Shown one piece after another: positions 10,221 through 21,282 of a stretch of 43,686 bases of DNA (position 1 is the stretch's first letter; each line of letters begins with the position of its first letter). The stretch comes from Octopus bimaculoides (lineage: Eukaryota), in contig NC_069000.1 in the NCBI RefSeq assembly GCF_001194135.2, positions 34,141,930 through 34,185,615 of the forward strand, in the 5' to 3' direction. The notes under the pieces were generated by a model. It ran no database searches, was not told where the DNA came from, and saw only the letters and a program-made list of their open reading frames with translations. The position numbers were made by a program, and so were the translations under genes.

Positions 10221-10336
10221 GGTTTGTTAGATACTGCTGTCCCTGAATCATCTGCTCTCAATGCCCTCCATTTGTCATATAATCTTTCCAATGGCATTCA
10301 AGAACAGCAAGTGAATGGTGAAAGTAGCTGCAACAG
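10221..10336 (+). CDS. CTU2: CTU2 exon (GLLDTAVPESSALNALHLSYNLSNGIQEQQVNGESSCN-S)
   Basis: Acceptor tttgttacAG and donor GTAAAT. LDT...SA motif follows the CxxC. 116 nt, phases fit. Confidence 0.85.
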
Positions 10337-10429
10337 GTAAATTTAAAACCCTAACTTGGTTTACATTCATTTAGACATTTTCCCTTTACAGAATATTAAC
10401 AAAGAGGTTCTTAACTTTTTTGACCTCTT

Positions 10430-10687
10430 ATTTCTTTATTGCCCACAAGGGGACAAACAAGGACAGACAAAGGGATTAAGTCAATTACATCGACTCCAGT
10501 GCGTAACTGGTACTTAATTTATTGACCCCTGAAAGGATGAAAGGCAAAGTCGACNNNNNNNNNNNNNNNNNNNNNNNNNNNNNNNNNNCGACTTCGACGG
10601 AATTGGAACTCACAACGTAACGGCCGGCAGATGAAATACCGCTAAGCATTTCGCCCGGCGTGCTAACGTTTCTGCCAGCTCGCTGCC
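10430..10687 (-). mobile_element. SINE (GGCAGCGAGCTGGCAGAA... family) with a 13-bp TSD
   Basis: TSD TTTTTGACCTCTT at 10417-10429 and 10688-10700. CpG-rich, so young. Related copies at about 1515, 21410, 26360, 34515, 35410, 35815, 43295, 43538. Confidence 0.9.
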
Positions 10688-11029
10688 TTTTTGACCTCTT
10701 GACTGACAAAGGTTTATGGTGAGGTTTGTGAGTTTATATCTACTGTAGTTTGATGTGTGTCTTGTTAGAATATTCAGTTCTGTGTACCTCAGGGTATTTG
10801 ATTGTAGAGAAATGAAACATTTTCAAATTTTGTGGGTATGTTGCAATCTGTGAGAAGTTACCATTCCATCAGACAGTGATTTCATCATAATCATTGTTTT
10901 AATGTCCACTTTTCCATGATTGCATGGGTTAAGTAGAGGCAGATTTTTTTTACAGTTGGTGCCCTTCTTGTTACCAACCCCCACTGTTTCTGAGTAAAGT
11001 GATATTTTCCTGTGTGCCAGACATGTTTT

Positions 11030-11484
11030 TCTTTCTTTCTTTCTTGCCTTTAACCCTCCAACACTGAGTATAGGCCACTTATAATTGAATTCCATGTCGC
11101 ATAATTTTTCGCTTCTGTACTTATACGCTGCCATGAATGTCCCCCTTTCTCTAGTTCCTTTTCTGTTGATCTACGCCATGAGTTCTTAGGCCTACCCCTC
11201 TTTCTATATCCATCCGGATTCCACTGTAAAGCACTTTTCGCTACATTTGGTGTGTCCTTTCTAATTGTGCTACCAATCCACTTCCACTTTTTCTTAAATA
11301 TTTGCTCTCTAATCAAAACTTGATTCGTTCTTTGCCATAACTCCATATTGCTTATGTGTTCGGGCCATCTAATTTTAAGTATACTACGCAAGCACCTGTT
11401 GATGAATGATTGTATTTGCTTATTTGACTTAAAACTGTTGTTTGCCATGTCTCAGCCCCATACAATAACACTGCTGGAAAGTGT
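11030..11484 (-). mobile_element. 5'-truncated RTE-clade LINE (ORF C-terminus plus (AAGA)n tail)
   Basis: VLLYGAETW at 11471-11445, then a frameshift into FINRCLRSILKIRWP...ISNxELW...KWKWIG...ALQWNPDGYRKRGRPKNSWRR. Possible TSD GACATGTTTT/GATATGTTTT at 11020-11029 and 11485-11494. Confidence 0.92.
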
Positions 11485-12068
11485 GATATGTTTTACACTG
11501 AAGAATAAAAACAAACAACCTCTCGCTTATATGATGCTGATGCTCATTTACAACCATCTTTATATATTTGTATATATTTATATATTGCATGATCGACCAG
11601 ACTATTGGATGTTGTTATACATCTCTGGTCTCAATGGACTTTGCATCATTTTAACTTTTGAATGATACCACCCTGCTGGCTGGGCGAGCAGGCCAACATT
11701 TCCTCTGGTCCATTGCAGGGTCATCCATTTACAGTTAAGTGGACTGGAGCAATGTAAAATGAAGTGTTTTGCTCAAGGACACAACATGCAACTAGTCTTG
11801 GAATTGAACCCATGGTCTCATAATTGTAAGTGCAATTGCCTAACTGCTAGGCCATACACTTTCACATATTTATTTATCTATCTATCTATCTATCTACACA
11901 CTCACAAACAAACAACTAGTTTCCATCTACTCATTTACCAATTTCACTTATAAAGCATTCATCTGTCTGAGGTTATAGAAGCCCCAAGGTGCCAGGCAAT
12001 AGGATACAATGTGAAATCAAATGGTTACTAGCAAACTATGTATCCATACAGCCACACATCTGCATCCA

Positions 12069-12106
<38 letters not shown>

Positions 12107-12164
12107 GTTACATTTACAAAATTATTTAATTGGTAATGATAGCAATTGTTTTTAATGGTATTCA

Positions 12165-12850
12165 AGTGGGTGCTTTTTACATGCTACCGGCATGGGTGCC
12201 ATTGATGTGACATTGGCATCGGCCATGACTATGCTCTCACTTAACTTGACAGGTCTACACAAGCATGATATAGGGCCAAAGGTCTCAGTCACTTGTCACT
12301 GCCACTGTGAGGTTCAATGCCTTTTACATGCTACCAGCATGGGTGCCAGTCAAACGGCACTGGCATCAGCCATGACTATGATTTCACTTAGCTTGACAGG
12401 TCTTTTCAAGCACAGCACATCGCCCAACATTTGAAGGGTGCTTTTTACATGCCAGTTATGTATCACTGGCATCAGCCATGACTACAATCTCACTTGGCTT
12501 GATGGGTCTTCTTAAGCACAGCATAACGCCAAAGGTCTTGGTCACTTGTCATTGCCTCCATGAGGCCCAACATTCGAAGATCATGCTTCAACACCTCATC
12601 CCATATCTTCCACCTTTAGAGTGTGGCACATCTTCACACAGCTGTCCTCGTCCACATGCATCACATGACCATACCAGCACAGTCATCTCTCTTGCACACC
12701 ACAACTGATACCTCATGCCCAACTTTTCTCTCAGGGTGCATGCACACTGACATTACACATCCAGCAAAACATGCTAGTTTCATTTCTTTTAAGCCTACAC
12801 ATGTCCTCAGCAGTTACAGCCCATGTTTCACTGCCGTGTAGCATGGCTGT
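12165..12850 (-). mobile_element. RTE-family LINE 3' region with internally repeated 3'UTR modules
   Basis: Decayed LREKLG...WxGHVM.MDED remnant at about 12560-12740. The ggcatcagccatgactatgatctcacttagcttgac module occurs three times. Confidence 0.75.
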
Positions 12851-13994
12851 TTGCACACAGGCATCATACAGTCTGCCTTTCACTCTCAGAGAGAGGCCCT
12901 TTGTTACCAGCAGAGGTGGAAGCTCTCTGAACTTTGCTCAGCCTATTCTTATTCTAGTAGCTATGCTCTTGGAGCATCAACCTCCACTACTGACTTGGTC
13001 ACCTAGGTAACAGAAGCTATCAACTATTTCTAGCTTTCCCCCAGCATTTGATGGAGTCTATTTTCTGTACATTTTTAGTGTTAATTGTGCCTGTGCATCT
13101 TTCACACACAAAAGCTATTTTCCCTGTTAACCTTCCTCTGATGTTGCTCTACCTCTTATGTACCCATAGCTTACACTGGGTATATTTTATGTTATTTCTG
13201 CCTATGCCATTTTCTACAGATCAAACAGGGCCTTCTACCTGTGTCAGGTGAATTGTGTTCTTTGATTGGTTTCAATTTATTTGATTATCATCATGCTGAG
13301 GCATCACCATTTGAATGTTTTAGTTCATTATACCACTCTCAGTACTCTGTTACTAAAAAGCAAAAGAGCAAAGTACACCTTGGTATCAAGGGACAAAATT
13401 AAATACAATCTACATACGTGTGTGATTATAATATATGTAAATATATGAATTTGGCTGGCTTCTCTCTGTAGTTTCTGTCTACCAAATTTCATTCAGTTTT
13501 GTTTGATTCACACTGTGAGATCAAACCCAGAACCACATGGTTGTGTAACCTGCACTCAAGCCCCCCCCCCTTCTTTCATACTTTAGTCCTTCATCTCCTT
13601 TTGTTTTGTAATCTTGTGAGCTGCATGGCGACCTCATTAGTGCCACGAAGAAAGCACACAAGTGGTTGGCATTAGGAAGGGCATCCAACCACAGAAGCCA
13701 TGCTGAAGGAGACACTGGAGCACGATGCAGTCCTTGGACCCATCAGATCCTGTCAAACCATCTAACTCATGTCAGCATGGAACACAGATGTTAAATGATG
13801 GTGATATCCTGCACTTTATTTTGAAAGAAATTATTAAAGCAAAAAGCATTTGTTAAATCCCATCATATTCTTTTAACCTTTATTTCCAGAGAAGATCCCT
13901 TCTAAATTACAATTTTTTAAAAATATTTCAATGATATTTATTCTTTCCATCTTGACCATGCATCCTATAAGAGAATTTGTTATTTTTGTTCTAG

Positions 13995-14055
13995 CAATGA
14001 TGTTGATATCTCTGACCACCTATGTTTCGGTTGTCGAGCCATGGTACGAGAAATG
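13995..14055 (+). CDS. CTU2: CTU2 exon (NDVDISDHLCFGCRAMVREM)
   Basis: Acceptor tttgttctAG and donor GTGAGT. LC(Y/F)xCR second CxxC motif. 61 nt. Confidence 0.92.
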
Positions 14056-14751
14056 GTGAGTAAATACTTTTATCATAATGAAATTTCAACACCAACAAAA
14101 CATTTAATTCAACAAACAAAATCAGTTGATCTTCGCTATATTTCTGTTCAAACACACTGCCTTTGTTTCAATTGATTTTGAAAATAATGTAGAATTTAGT
14201 AAAATAGCTGCCACTATTAAGCTGGTGTTTGGAACGTAATTTAACAGAGTTTTGGTGGATATTTTAATTTAGATAACAGGATGTTTATATAATAGATTTG
14301 AAGGCAGGTTGGTATCAAAAAGGTTAAGGCTTCTGAAGTAAAATTTAGCGGGATTTTAAAATTTTTTGCTTTGCTATTTTAAATACGTCCCAAATTGGAG
14401 AATTTATCTGACTTTAGAGTTACAGTTCGTCTTGGTAATATACGTTACAAGTAAGGTTGATATTTCAACATTTCACATAACTGTCACTTATTCCACCAAG
14501 TTTTTGAAAAACACAATGAGTACAACTTACCAATATGTACCTGTATAAATTAACTATTGTTCCATTACTTTGCAATCCTGAGTTGAAGGTCTTTCTTTAC
14601 ATCTTAATAATGGAATTACCCTACCACTGCTTCTGTTAAATTTCATCAACCTGTTAACATGGACTGGATTACACACACACACACACGTATATATACATAT
14701 GTATCTGATGATCTTTAATTTATCAAGACAACTATCCAATAAAGTACTCAA

Positions 14752-14950
14752 TACATTATTTACATTTGACGGATATTTGTCCTCATCTTGTTTGTTATTA
14801 ACACAACGTTTCAGCTCATATACCCTCCAGCCTTCATCAGTAGTCTTGGGGGAAATTTTGAACCTGGGTTCTCATTCCTAAGGTGTTTTTCGATGTTATT
14901 ATTATTCAGGTCACTGCCTGGAATCAAACTTGGAATCTTGGGTTTAGTAG
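14752..14950 (-). mobile_element. Hammerhead-SINE copy 2 (head truncated)
   Basis: High identity to 9036-9240. Hammerhead core CTGATGA...GAAACGTTGTGTT at 14845-14800. Confidence 0.85.
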
Positions 14951-15190
14951 TGGTTAAGAGCGAGGGCTACTAACCCCAAGATTCTGAGTTTGATTCCAGG
15001 CAATGACCTGAATAATAATATCAAAAAATACCTTAGGAATGAGAACCCAGGTTCAAAATTTCTCCAAGACTCCAACTGAAGGCTGAAGGGTATATCAGCT
15101 AAAATGTTGTTAACAGCAAACAAAATGAAGACAAATATCCGTCAAATGCAAATAATGTACATAATTCCTTATCTCTTAAATATAGAACTG
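14951..15190 (+). mobile_element. Hammerhead-SINE copy 3 (full tail, hammerhead core destroyed)
   Basis: TGGTTAAGAGCG...GAGTTTGATTCCAGG head. Tail ends cataattccttatctcttaaatatagaactg. Confidence 0.85.
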
Positions 15191-16393
15191 CATTTTAAAA
15201 TGTTAAGTTTGTATTTATTTTATTTTAATATTGACTTTATACAAAATTTACTGTTTCATATTTTCTAAATCTTCAAGGATCTAACTATATGACCTCTGAA
15301 GATGTATCAGGGACCAAGAAGCACATCTTCAGAGGTCAAGTAGTTTGAGTCAATATCAAAATAAAATAAACTCTGCATTTTAAAATGTATTGAGTATTTT
15401 ATTGGATAGTGGTCTTTTTGATAAATTAAGATCATCAAATACATCTTACTTTCCAACCATGATTCCAGGTTCAGTGGCACTTTGGGCAGGTGTCTTCTAC
15501 TATAGCCTCAGGTCAACCAAAGCCTTGAGAGTGGATTTTGTATGTACATGTGTGTCCTCCACTATCATCTGACAACTAATGGTGGAGTGTTTACATCCTG
15601 TAATTTAGTGGTTTAGCAAAAGAGACCAATAGAATAAGTACCAGTATTTGGAAAAGAAAAAAAGTACCGAGGTTATGCTCCAGTCCGACTAAAATAAGTC
15701 AAAGATATATTTTAAAGCCTGAACTATGTTTGATCATTTTTATTAAGGTATTTTTATACTACCTCAGTTGTTCTGTAATAACTTGGAACAGTGAAATAAT
15801 GGCTTATTGTTCATGCACCTTACAGTAGGCCACTGAGAGTCATGAGAATGTTAATTTTATTTCATGAGGTGCAATGGCTCTTTTGCAATTGCCAACTTAC
15901 CACCTTAACAGAAATGGGATGAATAAGAAAAAGGCATTTTGTATGATGCTGAACCAATTCTACCCTCAATTGTTCTACTAGCTTGACCTATTTCTATAAT
16001 GTAAATTATTGATAAAGTTTGAAACCTCTCCCTGCACTTTTCCAGGTAAATGCAGCTGTTGTGTAGACCCCACATAGCACGGATTGAACAGACAAATGAC
16101 CATTCTCCCCCCCACTCCTGATAGTATAATGTAGCCTCTATATATCCTTCCTTTAAGATGGCTGTGTGATTGAAGGAAATTTGATTGCTGTTTCTAGCAG
16201 ACCAATCAATATGAAATTCCTTATAACTTTTCTAAATAACAGTGTACTTTGAGAGGAATAATTTGAAATGTATTTTTCTTTTTGCCTTATAACTATTGGT
16301 TTTAAAATCCAAAATGTTGCATTCATTAAAGCAACAAAAATAAGCAATTTATGTCTAACAATTATTTTCTCTTTTTTTTCTTTCTACACTCAG

Positions 16394-16440
16394 AATGAGC
16401 CAGATCTTTTACCAATTCAAATGACTCAACCAAATATAAG
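16394..16440 (+). CDS. CTU2: CTU2 penultimate exon (NEPDLLPIQMTQPNI-S)
   Basis: Long polypyrimidine tract and cAG; donor GTTTGT (weak). 47 nt, which supplies the phase needed to join the flanking exons. xLLP motif. Confidence 0.75.
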
Positions 16441-16845
16441 GTTTGTGAAGAATTTTTTAAAATAATGTTTGACTAGCAATCTTTAATTATCTTACCACAA
16501 GATTAATTTGAATCTGAATTTCAATTTTTATTTTATTACTTTTGATTTGCAATTTCAATAAAACTAAAACACTGTTGTAAACTGAAATATAATTCAAACT
16601 AACGAAAAAGAACATTCAGTTGAGTTTCAATATTAGTTTAATTATTCAACACTCCTCCCTAATTTGATTTAGGTAAAATTTTTTTTTGGTCTTTTTAATT
16701 ACAAAATATTTTGAAATAAATTTATATTTAAATTTAGAGGGGGGAAAAAAAAAANNNNNNNNNNTTTAAATAAATTTATATTTAAATTTAGAGGGGGGAA
16801 AAAAAAAAAGCATTGTTCAATATACAATGTTCCTGTCTTTTACAG

Positions 16846-16924
16846 TTTACTACAGGAAGATTATATCAGAGACTTTCTTCTTGAGCCTTCAAATGAAAAT
16901 ATACTTAACACTGGTGACAGTTGA
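16846..16924 (+). CDS. CTU2: CTU2 last coding exon (LLQEDYIRDFLLEPSNENILNTGDS*)
   Basis: Acceptor cttttacAG. IRDFLL matches the CTU2 C-terminal IxD(F/C)L(L/I) motif. TGA at 16922-16924. The eight exons sum to 591 nt (197 codons). Confidence 0.88.
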
Positions 16925-17037
16925 TGAAAATTAAACTTTTATGATATTTAAAAATCTTAATTAGCAGAGTGAACTAAATGTGGAGACTAGGAAACACTAC
17001 TTCAAGCAATGGGTCCAAAGGAGTAGTTCTATTTTAC

Positions 17038-17043
17038 AATAAA
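17038..17043 (+). terminator. Candidate CTU2 polyadenylation signal AATAAA (alternative at 17210-17215)
   Basis: First AATAAA after the CTU2 stop codon. Usage not testable from sequence. Confidence 0.4.
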
Positions 17044-17872
17044 AAAAATATTCTATCATGCTGCCAGAGTCTTTTCTATTAAATCTCCCTATCAGCAATC
17101 ACCATTCATCTGTCTGTCACTCTCCCACCTTTACTTCCTCTTTTACTTAATACTCACTCTTTTTATTTGTCTTGCTGGAACAAAACAATCTCTCTAGTAC
17201 CACTGTCACAATAAAATGCATCCAATTCACTCTGTAAAGTGACTGATGATAGGAAAGGATTCTAACCATAGAAATCATGTTAGAAACAGAACTTACAACA
17301 TGGAGTTCTCCAACTGTTTAGTAGAGAAGAAACTGATCAAAAGCTGACTTGGACTGTGATGACTCCTAACGCATGCTTATGTGGAAAAGCAAATGTAAAA
17401 TGATGACAATGACAAGCAAATTAAGAAAATGTTAATTACTTAATTGTAATTAATTTCTTTCCTTTTGGCACAAGGAAATATGTTTGATTTTAGCTCTTGA
17501 CCTTTCAAATCCTTTTGATTATATTAAAAAAATAACCAAATGCTTGGAAAATGTGGCTTTTCTTATGGATGTGCTGCAGTGATGATGTTTTCTCCCACTC
17601 CCTCTGATATAGTGTTTTTAATGCTGCACGTCCACCATAGATGTTATTTCAGGACAAATACCACAGTAGCTGGCCTATCAACAGTGTACATACATTACAT
17701 ATGATACTTATAGAACATCATTTATGAAGTAAACAAAATAGTTGGTTAGAAAAATGAAAATGAAGAATTTAGTTAGAAATTAAGTCCTTTTATTCCTCTA
17801 GTTCAACATTCATACAAAGGGAAAATCCTACTTATAATTTGGGGGAACTTGGACTTTTTTCGTGGAATAAAT

Positions 17873-17878
17873 TTTATT
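17873..17878 (-). terminator. Candidate SSR1 polyadenylation signal AATAAA (others at 17789-17794 and 17162-17167)
   Basis: Reads tttatt on the + strand, downstream of the SSR1 stop. Usage unknown. Confidence 0.35.
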
Positions 17879-17963
17879 TTTAGAAGTAGAAAAGTTTCTC
17901 TCCTAACAACATGGCAAGGAGAAAATTTAAGAATTGTTAACCTTGGTTTAATTAACAACTCTG

Positions 17964-18049
17964 TTATTCTTCTCCAGCTCCTGTAAAGCGCTTGTTTTGA
18001 CGGCGCTTTCTTGGTGATACCTTTGGGGTCCCTCTGCGGGGGGATCGGT
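17964..18049 (-). CDS. SSR1: SSR1 last coding exon (RSPRRGTPKVSPRKRRQNKRFTGAGEE*)
   Basis: Acceptor tttcAG. Basic SPRR-type tail of TRAP-alpha. TAA at 17966-17964. 86 nt. Confidence 0.95.
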
Positions 18050-18138
18050 CTGAAAGGAAAAAGAAAATGTATACACACATACAGTTTGAGAATTAGAGGC
18101 TTTCAATACTTTCCAAGTTTGAAAAGGCAATGATGTTA

Positions 18139-18434
18139 CATCATCATCTATCATCTGCTTTCCATGCTAGCATGGGTTGGACGTTTTCATTGGGGACTAG
18201 CGAACCAGATGGCTACACCAGACTCCAATCTGATCTGGAAAATAGTTTCTGCAGCTGGATGCCCTTCCTAACGTCAACCACTCCAAGAGTGTAGTGGGTG
18301 CTTTTTATGTGCCACCGGCACGAGGGCCAGTCTGGCAGTACTGGCAGCGGCCACGCTCAAATGGTGTATTTTACGTGCCACCTGCACAGGAGTCGGTCCA
18401 AAGTTTTGTTCACATGCCGCCGGCACAAGTGCCA
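18139..18434 (-). mobile_element. RTE 3'UTR-family copy just upstream of the SSR1 last exon
   Basis: catcatcatc...ttccatgctagcatgggttggac...ctggatgcccttcctaac family sequence. Confidence 0.85.
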
Positions 18435-19302
18435 ATGTTTCATAACTAAGAACATAGCAATAACATAAACAATTCAGTTCCAACTAGTAATTTATAACTA
18501 GATTATGGACATTATTAACTAAGAAGTAACTAAAATACTGAAATATATAATTTAAACTGGACACCGGACCATTTTTGTACAAGGTAATATCATAAATTCA
18601 ACAGTTGTCAATACTAGAGGGATGAAAGAATTTGAACCCAGAAGAAACTGGATGGTGTAAAAGCAAGTAAGTTCTCTAGCATGGAGATTACCTCAACTAT
18701 GCTATTAATAATGATGATTTTCTACCTTATTCACCTAACCTAATTAATCTTGTTATTTTACACTAGTAAGATTAAAAATGAACACTAAAGGAAAGTAAAG
18801 AGTTATTTTGCTTATTAAGAGATAAAAATAGGGATGTGCTCATTGTGTCCTGCCTCAAAGATATGTAGGCTTAAAATTATGAAATAAGAGATTAATACAG
18901 TTTTTGTTGTTGTTTTGTTAGTTACTAACAAACAAATGAATCATTGCTTTAATGGATAATTAGACAGAAACTTTGAATAAAAAATTTGCTTTTTACATCA
19001 TTTTAGAATAATTCAAATATCCTGCATTTTAAGCCTCGTATTTAGATCACAATCTGTATATTGTTTCATTGCCTCCAAGGGTTTAGTTTGAACTGAAAAC
19101 TGTATTTCTGACAGATTTCCAGAATTTTTAATTAGATCAATGTAAAACTTCTATTACATTGACTTATTTCAAAGATTATTGCTAATATTAAATTTAATCT
19201 TGGTTTTAATTAGATGGTTATCGTTTTATAAGCTATATTTAACAATCTAGTTACCAAATAATGGCAATCAAACTGAAGAACACTGAAACAAGATTTACTT
19301 AC

Positions 19303-19405
19303 TCATTTCTTGAAGTATTTCCTTTGGGAGCCATTCGTAATCTACATCGTTCTTCTCTGTACCAAGTTCTACAGTCACTCTTGGCTTTACTGTTCTCGTC
19401 TTTCT
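19303..19405 (-). CDS. SSR1: SSR1 exon (RKTRTVKPRVTVELGTEKNDVDYEWLPKEILQEM-N)
   Basis: Acceptor tttcAG and donor GTAAGT. VE(M/L)GT...DVD..W(I/L)PxE cytosolic motif. 103 nt. Confidence 0.96.
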
Positions 19406-19707
19406 CTGAAATGAAATGAGCCTATCTTCTTTACTTTGTCATTAAATGCTATGTACTGAAGTTTCTGTTAATTAGTATCTCAGCAAATCATTTCTACACT
19501 TTCAAGGCAAAAAGTAATGAGTAATAATTTCTGAAATTGGTGATTTTTAGTACAGTTCTTTATAAATAAGATAGGATATTGCCCTTCCCCCTTTGATGAG
19601 GTTTATGTTGAAAAAGTGTAGAGAGAGTGAAATGTAGAGCTCCAGAAATGAAGGATTAGGCAAAGTATTTAATGCAAAATATGTGATGGTGTAGGAGGAG
19701 AAGGTAG

Positions 19708-19756
<49 letters not shown>

Positions 19757-20528
19757 CAATGAGAGAGAGAGAAAACAGTTCAGAGATTACAGTAATAGTG
19801 TTGAAAGAAACTGCATCTGTAAACTAGTGATTGCAGAATTTTTGTCAACCAGCCAAATGACCTTTTGGAAGCAGCTTAGATTAAAAGTGTGTACAGTAAG
19901 TAGTACAGTCAACTATGTGATTTGTACTCCAAAATGATCATCAGCTTTGTAGGGTCAGCAACTGGTCAAGGCCAAAGTACCTCCAAAATGTAAGGACGAA
20001 TCATAGTCTTTTTGATGCAGTTATTGAAAAATGTGAAGCTGAGTATCTAATGTTTTAGAGGTTTGTTATTCACAACCATTGAGGGTGAAGCAAAGACTGT
20101 TTCCTTTGATATGTAATGAGATGTGTAGATTAGCTGTCATGTCTCCAATCGAAAGATAATCTTAAGAGCTTCATTATTTAGTGTAAGCTTAAGGTGTAAA
20201 GCAGAGTGCCAACTGCATATGAATGGGTGTTGTTAATGGCCACAAAATGTTGTCACCTTTAATAGACAGAGTGTGGGAGACATTCAGGTACATAAAAGTT
20301 GTTAGAATGCAGGTAAGAGAGAGCCCCGTTGATATGTTGTAATGGTATAGTCTTTCAGGAAACTTCTGATCCAAGAAACAAGAGGCTTGTGTACACTGTA
20401 GGCAGCAATGTTTGCTCTAGTATATGAAATCTAAACCCTACAACCAGAAAAGCTGTATCTTGTTCATCTTGACATTATACAACAAAATAACAAAAAAAAT
20501 CATGGAAATTGACTTTATTTCTACTTAC

Positions 20529-20607
20529 GCCAAATGAAGCTAGAAGTTGCTGGGCTCCAACGAGTATCAAGACAATGACAGCAGCCAAGAAAACATAGAG
20601 AAAGAAA
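20529..20607 (-). CDS. SSR1: SSR1 transmembrane exon (FFLYVFLAAVIVLILVGAQQLLASFG)
   Basis: Acceptor ttttttcAG and donor GTAAGT. Single TM helix plus QQLL. 79 nt. Confidence 0.96.
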
Positions 20608-20954
20608 CTGAAAAAAGAAAATAAATTAATTAAAGATGTGAAACAGAAATATCAAACTACATTCACAAATCATAAACTACATTCATTCTTTTGTGACCAT
20701 TTTCCTAATAACTTTTAATTAATTTTGAAAATAACTAAGTATTTGGAAGGATTTACTAAGACAACAATTATTAAACTGGTGTTTGGGGCATAACTAAAAA
20801 GGAACAGATTCATACAAAAATTGTGATGAAAGGTTTTAATTTAAATATGAACACTTTCAAAAGAGGGAGGTTTTGTAGCACAAAACCAAGGACAGCCTCA
20901 GGTGGGTTAGTATTGAAAGGATTATGTTAATTTACAAATAGTTGGCTGTTACCA

Positions 20955-21282
20955 GTGCCATGTAAATGGCATCCATGAAATCATAATTGTGGCCGTTGCT
21001 GGAAATGTGCCTCACAGAAGCATTGACAAGTGACTGACACCTTTCAAAATCGGCTGTGCTTGAGAACGTGGCTGTTGCCGGTGTCATGTAAATGGCACCC
21101 TTGCTGGTGGCACATAAAACACATCCATTATACTCCGAGAGTGGTTGGCATTAGGAAGGGCATCCACCTGTAGTAAACTTGCCAAATCAGACTGGAACCT
21201 GGTGCAGCTCTCCGGCTTATCAGTTCCAGTCAAACCATCTAACCCATGCCAGCATGGAAAGTGAGCATTAAATGATGATAAA
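20955..21282 (+). mobile_element. RTE 3'UTR-family copy (others at about 13630, 22192, 24540)
   Basis: gagtggttggcattaggaagggcatcca...aacccatgccagcatggaaa...ttaaatgatgat. Confidence 0.8.

Noticed and set aside
17803-18154. ORFs overlapping the SSR1 last exon
   Set aside because: Alternative frames of a GC-rich exon; the true frame is fixed by splicing and homology.
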